A stretch of DNA of 34,639 nt from Octopus bimaculoides (taxonomy: Eukaryota): contig NC_068986.1 in assembly GCF_001194135.2 (NCBI RefSeq), positions 53,024,922 to 53,059,560 of the forward strand, read 5' to 3'. Below, one piece after another: positions 32,591 to 34,639 of this stretch. Below the pieces are notes generated by a model, which searched no databases, had not been told where the DNA came from, and saw only the letters and a list, made by a program, of their open reading frames with translations. The first letter of the stretch is position 1. Each line of letters begins with the position of its first letter. The translations under genes were made by a program, and so were the position numbers.

Positions 32591-33695
32591 TTATTTTAGC
32601 TGCTTTTAATATTTCCTGGTTTTGTTGCTTGGCTTCAACGGTCTGTAAGAGAAAAACAATATACTTCCTTTTCAATTAGTTCTTTCAGTCCTTCGCTGTT
32701 AACAGAATCATATGCGTTATTTTTCTGGTAATACGAAGATTTGTCCAGCAGACATTTATGGAATAATTGTGAGTGTACGTCTGCGTCGACAGACAGAGAC
32801 AGAATTCATTTTCATACACGGGAAACAGGTAATCACGACCTTATCTAAATATTTTAGTAATTAAGAGAAACTAGTTCCCCACCCGCTCCTTCTATTCAAA
32901 ATACAATTTTTAACCTTGAACAAAGCATGGCCATACATGTTTGGATCCTGTTGCCATCCTAAAAAATGCACGTTGTGCTTAATCCAACATATTTTATCTG
33001 AAGATAATTCAAGACTGAAACGAAAATCTGAACTCCTGTAGACATTTAACTGGGTTATTAATTTCAAAACCGTTACCACCGAGCGATTTAAACTAGTATT
33101 CATTGTTATTTTTAGTAGAACTGTGAATTTGTCGGATACTTTTTGGTATTTCATGATACCGTACTTTTGTATAGTAAAATCATGTGAGTGTTTGTGTGTG
33201 TGTGTGTACGTGTGTGCGTGTGTGTGTGTGTGTGTGTGTTTTAGCTTATAACATATATTACATTTTATGTATGNNNNNNNNNNNNNNNNNNNNNNNNNNN
33301 NNNNNNNNNNNNNNNNNNNNNNNNNNNNNNNNNNNNNNNNNNNNNNNNNNNNNNNNNNNNNNNNNNNNNNNNNNNNNNNNNNNNNNNNNNNNNNNNNNNN
33401 NNNNNNNNNNNNNNNNNNNNNNNNNNNNNNNNNNNNNNNNNNNNNNNNNNNNNNNNNNNNNNNNNNNNNNNNNNNNNNNNNNNNNNNNNNNNNNNNNNNN
33501 NNNNNNNNNNNNNNNNNNNNNNNNNNNNNNNNNNNNNNNNNNNNNNNNNNNNNNNNNNNNNNNNNNNNNNNNNNNNNNNNNNNNNNNNNNNNNNNNNNNN
33601 NNNNNNNNNNNNGGGGGGGGGGGGTTAAAGCTGCAAAAGCATCACAAAGATATCACAAAAAACTGTAACTCAGAGTTTCACGTTCCCGTCCGTCC

Positions 33696-33745
33696 GGCAG
33701 TTGTGATCAAGAATAGATTCCATTCCATTCTTGATCACAACTGCC
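33696..33745. other. Perfect 19-bp inverted repeat (hairpin, 12-nt loop)
   Basis: GGCAGTTGTGATCAAGAAT (33696-33714) / AGATTCCATTCC / ATTCTTGATCACAACTGCC (33727-33745). Confidence 0.9.
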
Positions 33746-33749
33746 CGAC

Positions 33750-33797
33750 GAACCATGTCATTTGGGACCAAACTTCTTACTATTACCACACAGTCAC
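33750..33797 (-). mobile_element. Truncated family A SINE head (A-box only)
   Basis: Minus strand GTGACTGTGTGGTAA(TAGTAA)GAAGTTTGGTCCCAAATGACATGGTTC matches 7728-7769. Confidence 0.6.
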
Positions 33798-34046
33798 GGG
33801 TATATATATATATAGAGAGAGAGAGAGAGGAGAAACTAGAGTAGAGAGAAAGAAAGGAATAAAGAGAGAGATATATAGACAACATATACATGCATACGCA
33901 TATAAACATGAGCATTTATAGATGTAGACACGTGTGTACACACACCCTCAAGGGGTGAAGATCTATATACATACATATTCGTATCTATATGTATATGTAA
34001 ATACATGTACATATATATATATACTAATATATATATATATATATAT

Positions 34047-34048
<2 letters not shown>

Positions 34049-34142
<94 letters not shown>
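34049..34142. repeat. (GT)n microsatellite
   Basis: Directly visible, about 47 units. A TA-rich compound repeat also occupies ~34500-34639. Confidence 0.97.
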
Positions 34143-34145
<3 letters not shown>

Positions 34146-34639
34146 AATTTCAAGAAATGAAAACACGTGGAGACACTTCTCTTTGGGCTTATTTTGATGT
34201 TAGCTAATGTAGAAAAGATTTACATTCTTAATAGAAAATATATCTATTTACTTGCTATATATTTTTTCATTGCTTAGAGGTGCTTCAACATTGTTGTATT
34301 GCGCATGCTTCCATTTGGCATATATATACTTATATATATATGCCAAACGGAAGCATGTGCATTGCAACAATATTGAAGAGATACACATGTCTACGTATTT
34401 ATACACATATACATACATATATAAATTGATGTGTGTTTATGTATGCATTTATGTTTGTAATATAGTTTGTGTTTATATGTGAAAATATGTATATGTATTT
34501 ATATTTGTGCATATATACATACACTCAAATGTATATATACATATATACATATATACATATACATATATATATGTATATATATGAATATATATATATAAAT
34601 ATTTCTATATATATATTTATATATATATATATATATATA

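Larger units (their letters stand above)
628..33611. other. Assembly gaps (13 N-runs, about 4.2 kb)
   Basis: N-runs at 628-1318, 6312-6437, 7175-7258, 15147-15653, 16807-17032, 17609-17618, 18238-18820, ~21446-21475, 26093-26193, 27219-27988, 28523-28716, 31320-31868 and 33274-33611. Nearly all are bordered by (TA)n, (TG)n, (GATA)n, (TC)n or C/G runs. Confidence 0.99.

Noticed and set aside
33612-33625. Poly-G run and the C-rich cluster at ~21426-21446 as G-quadruplexes
   Set aside because: Both abut N-gaps, so the true sequence is incomplete and may be artefactual.
467-33921. Long ORFs of 130-355 aa in the track that contain X runs
   Set aside because: They are open only because N codons have no stops. 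The flanks translate microsatellites (YIYI, CVCV, HTHT).
1-34639. Prokaryotic or viral systems (CRISPR, operons, defence islands, prophage)
   Set aside because: No dense ORFs, no regularly spaced repeat-spacer array and no such protein motifs. The content is typical of an animal genome.

Overview
Eukaryotic, AT-rich, repeat-saturated DNA from a fragmented short-read assembly, with 13 N-gaps totalling about 4.2 kb, almost all flanked by simple repeats. The tRNA-derived SINE families and microsatellite density match what I recall of octopus (coleoid cephalopod) genomes. That assignment is recollection, not a search result. I recognise no protein-coding gene, and no rRNA, true tRNA or CRISPR array. 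Nearly all ORFs in the supplied track are artefacts of N-runs or microsatellites. The window reads as a large intron or intergenic region. It holds about 20 copies or fragments of modular tRNA-SINEs (working labels A, B, C and E, which are my own), four Tc1/mariner derivatives, one decayed Jockey/I-like LINE and a few weak candidate exons. The most interesting structures are: (1) a fold-back mariner built from two 5' ends, nested in the internal TA microsatellite of a split SINE; (2) two degenerate minimal type-I hammerhead-like motifs of the Penelope pLTR kind, each inside inverted flanks; (3) head/tail module swapping among the SINEs; (4) a perfect 19-bp hairpin fused to a SINE head; (5) a clean 151-nt minus-strand candidate exon. 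I found no convincing new biological system.
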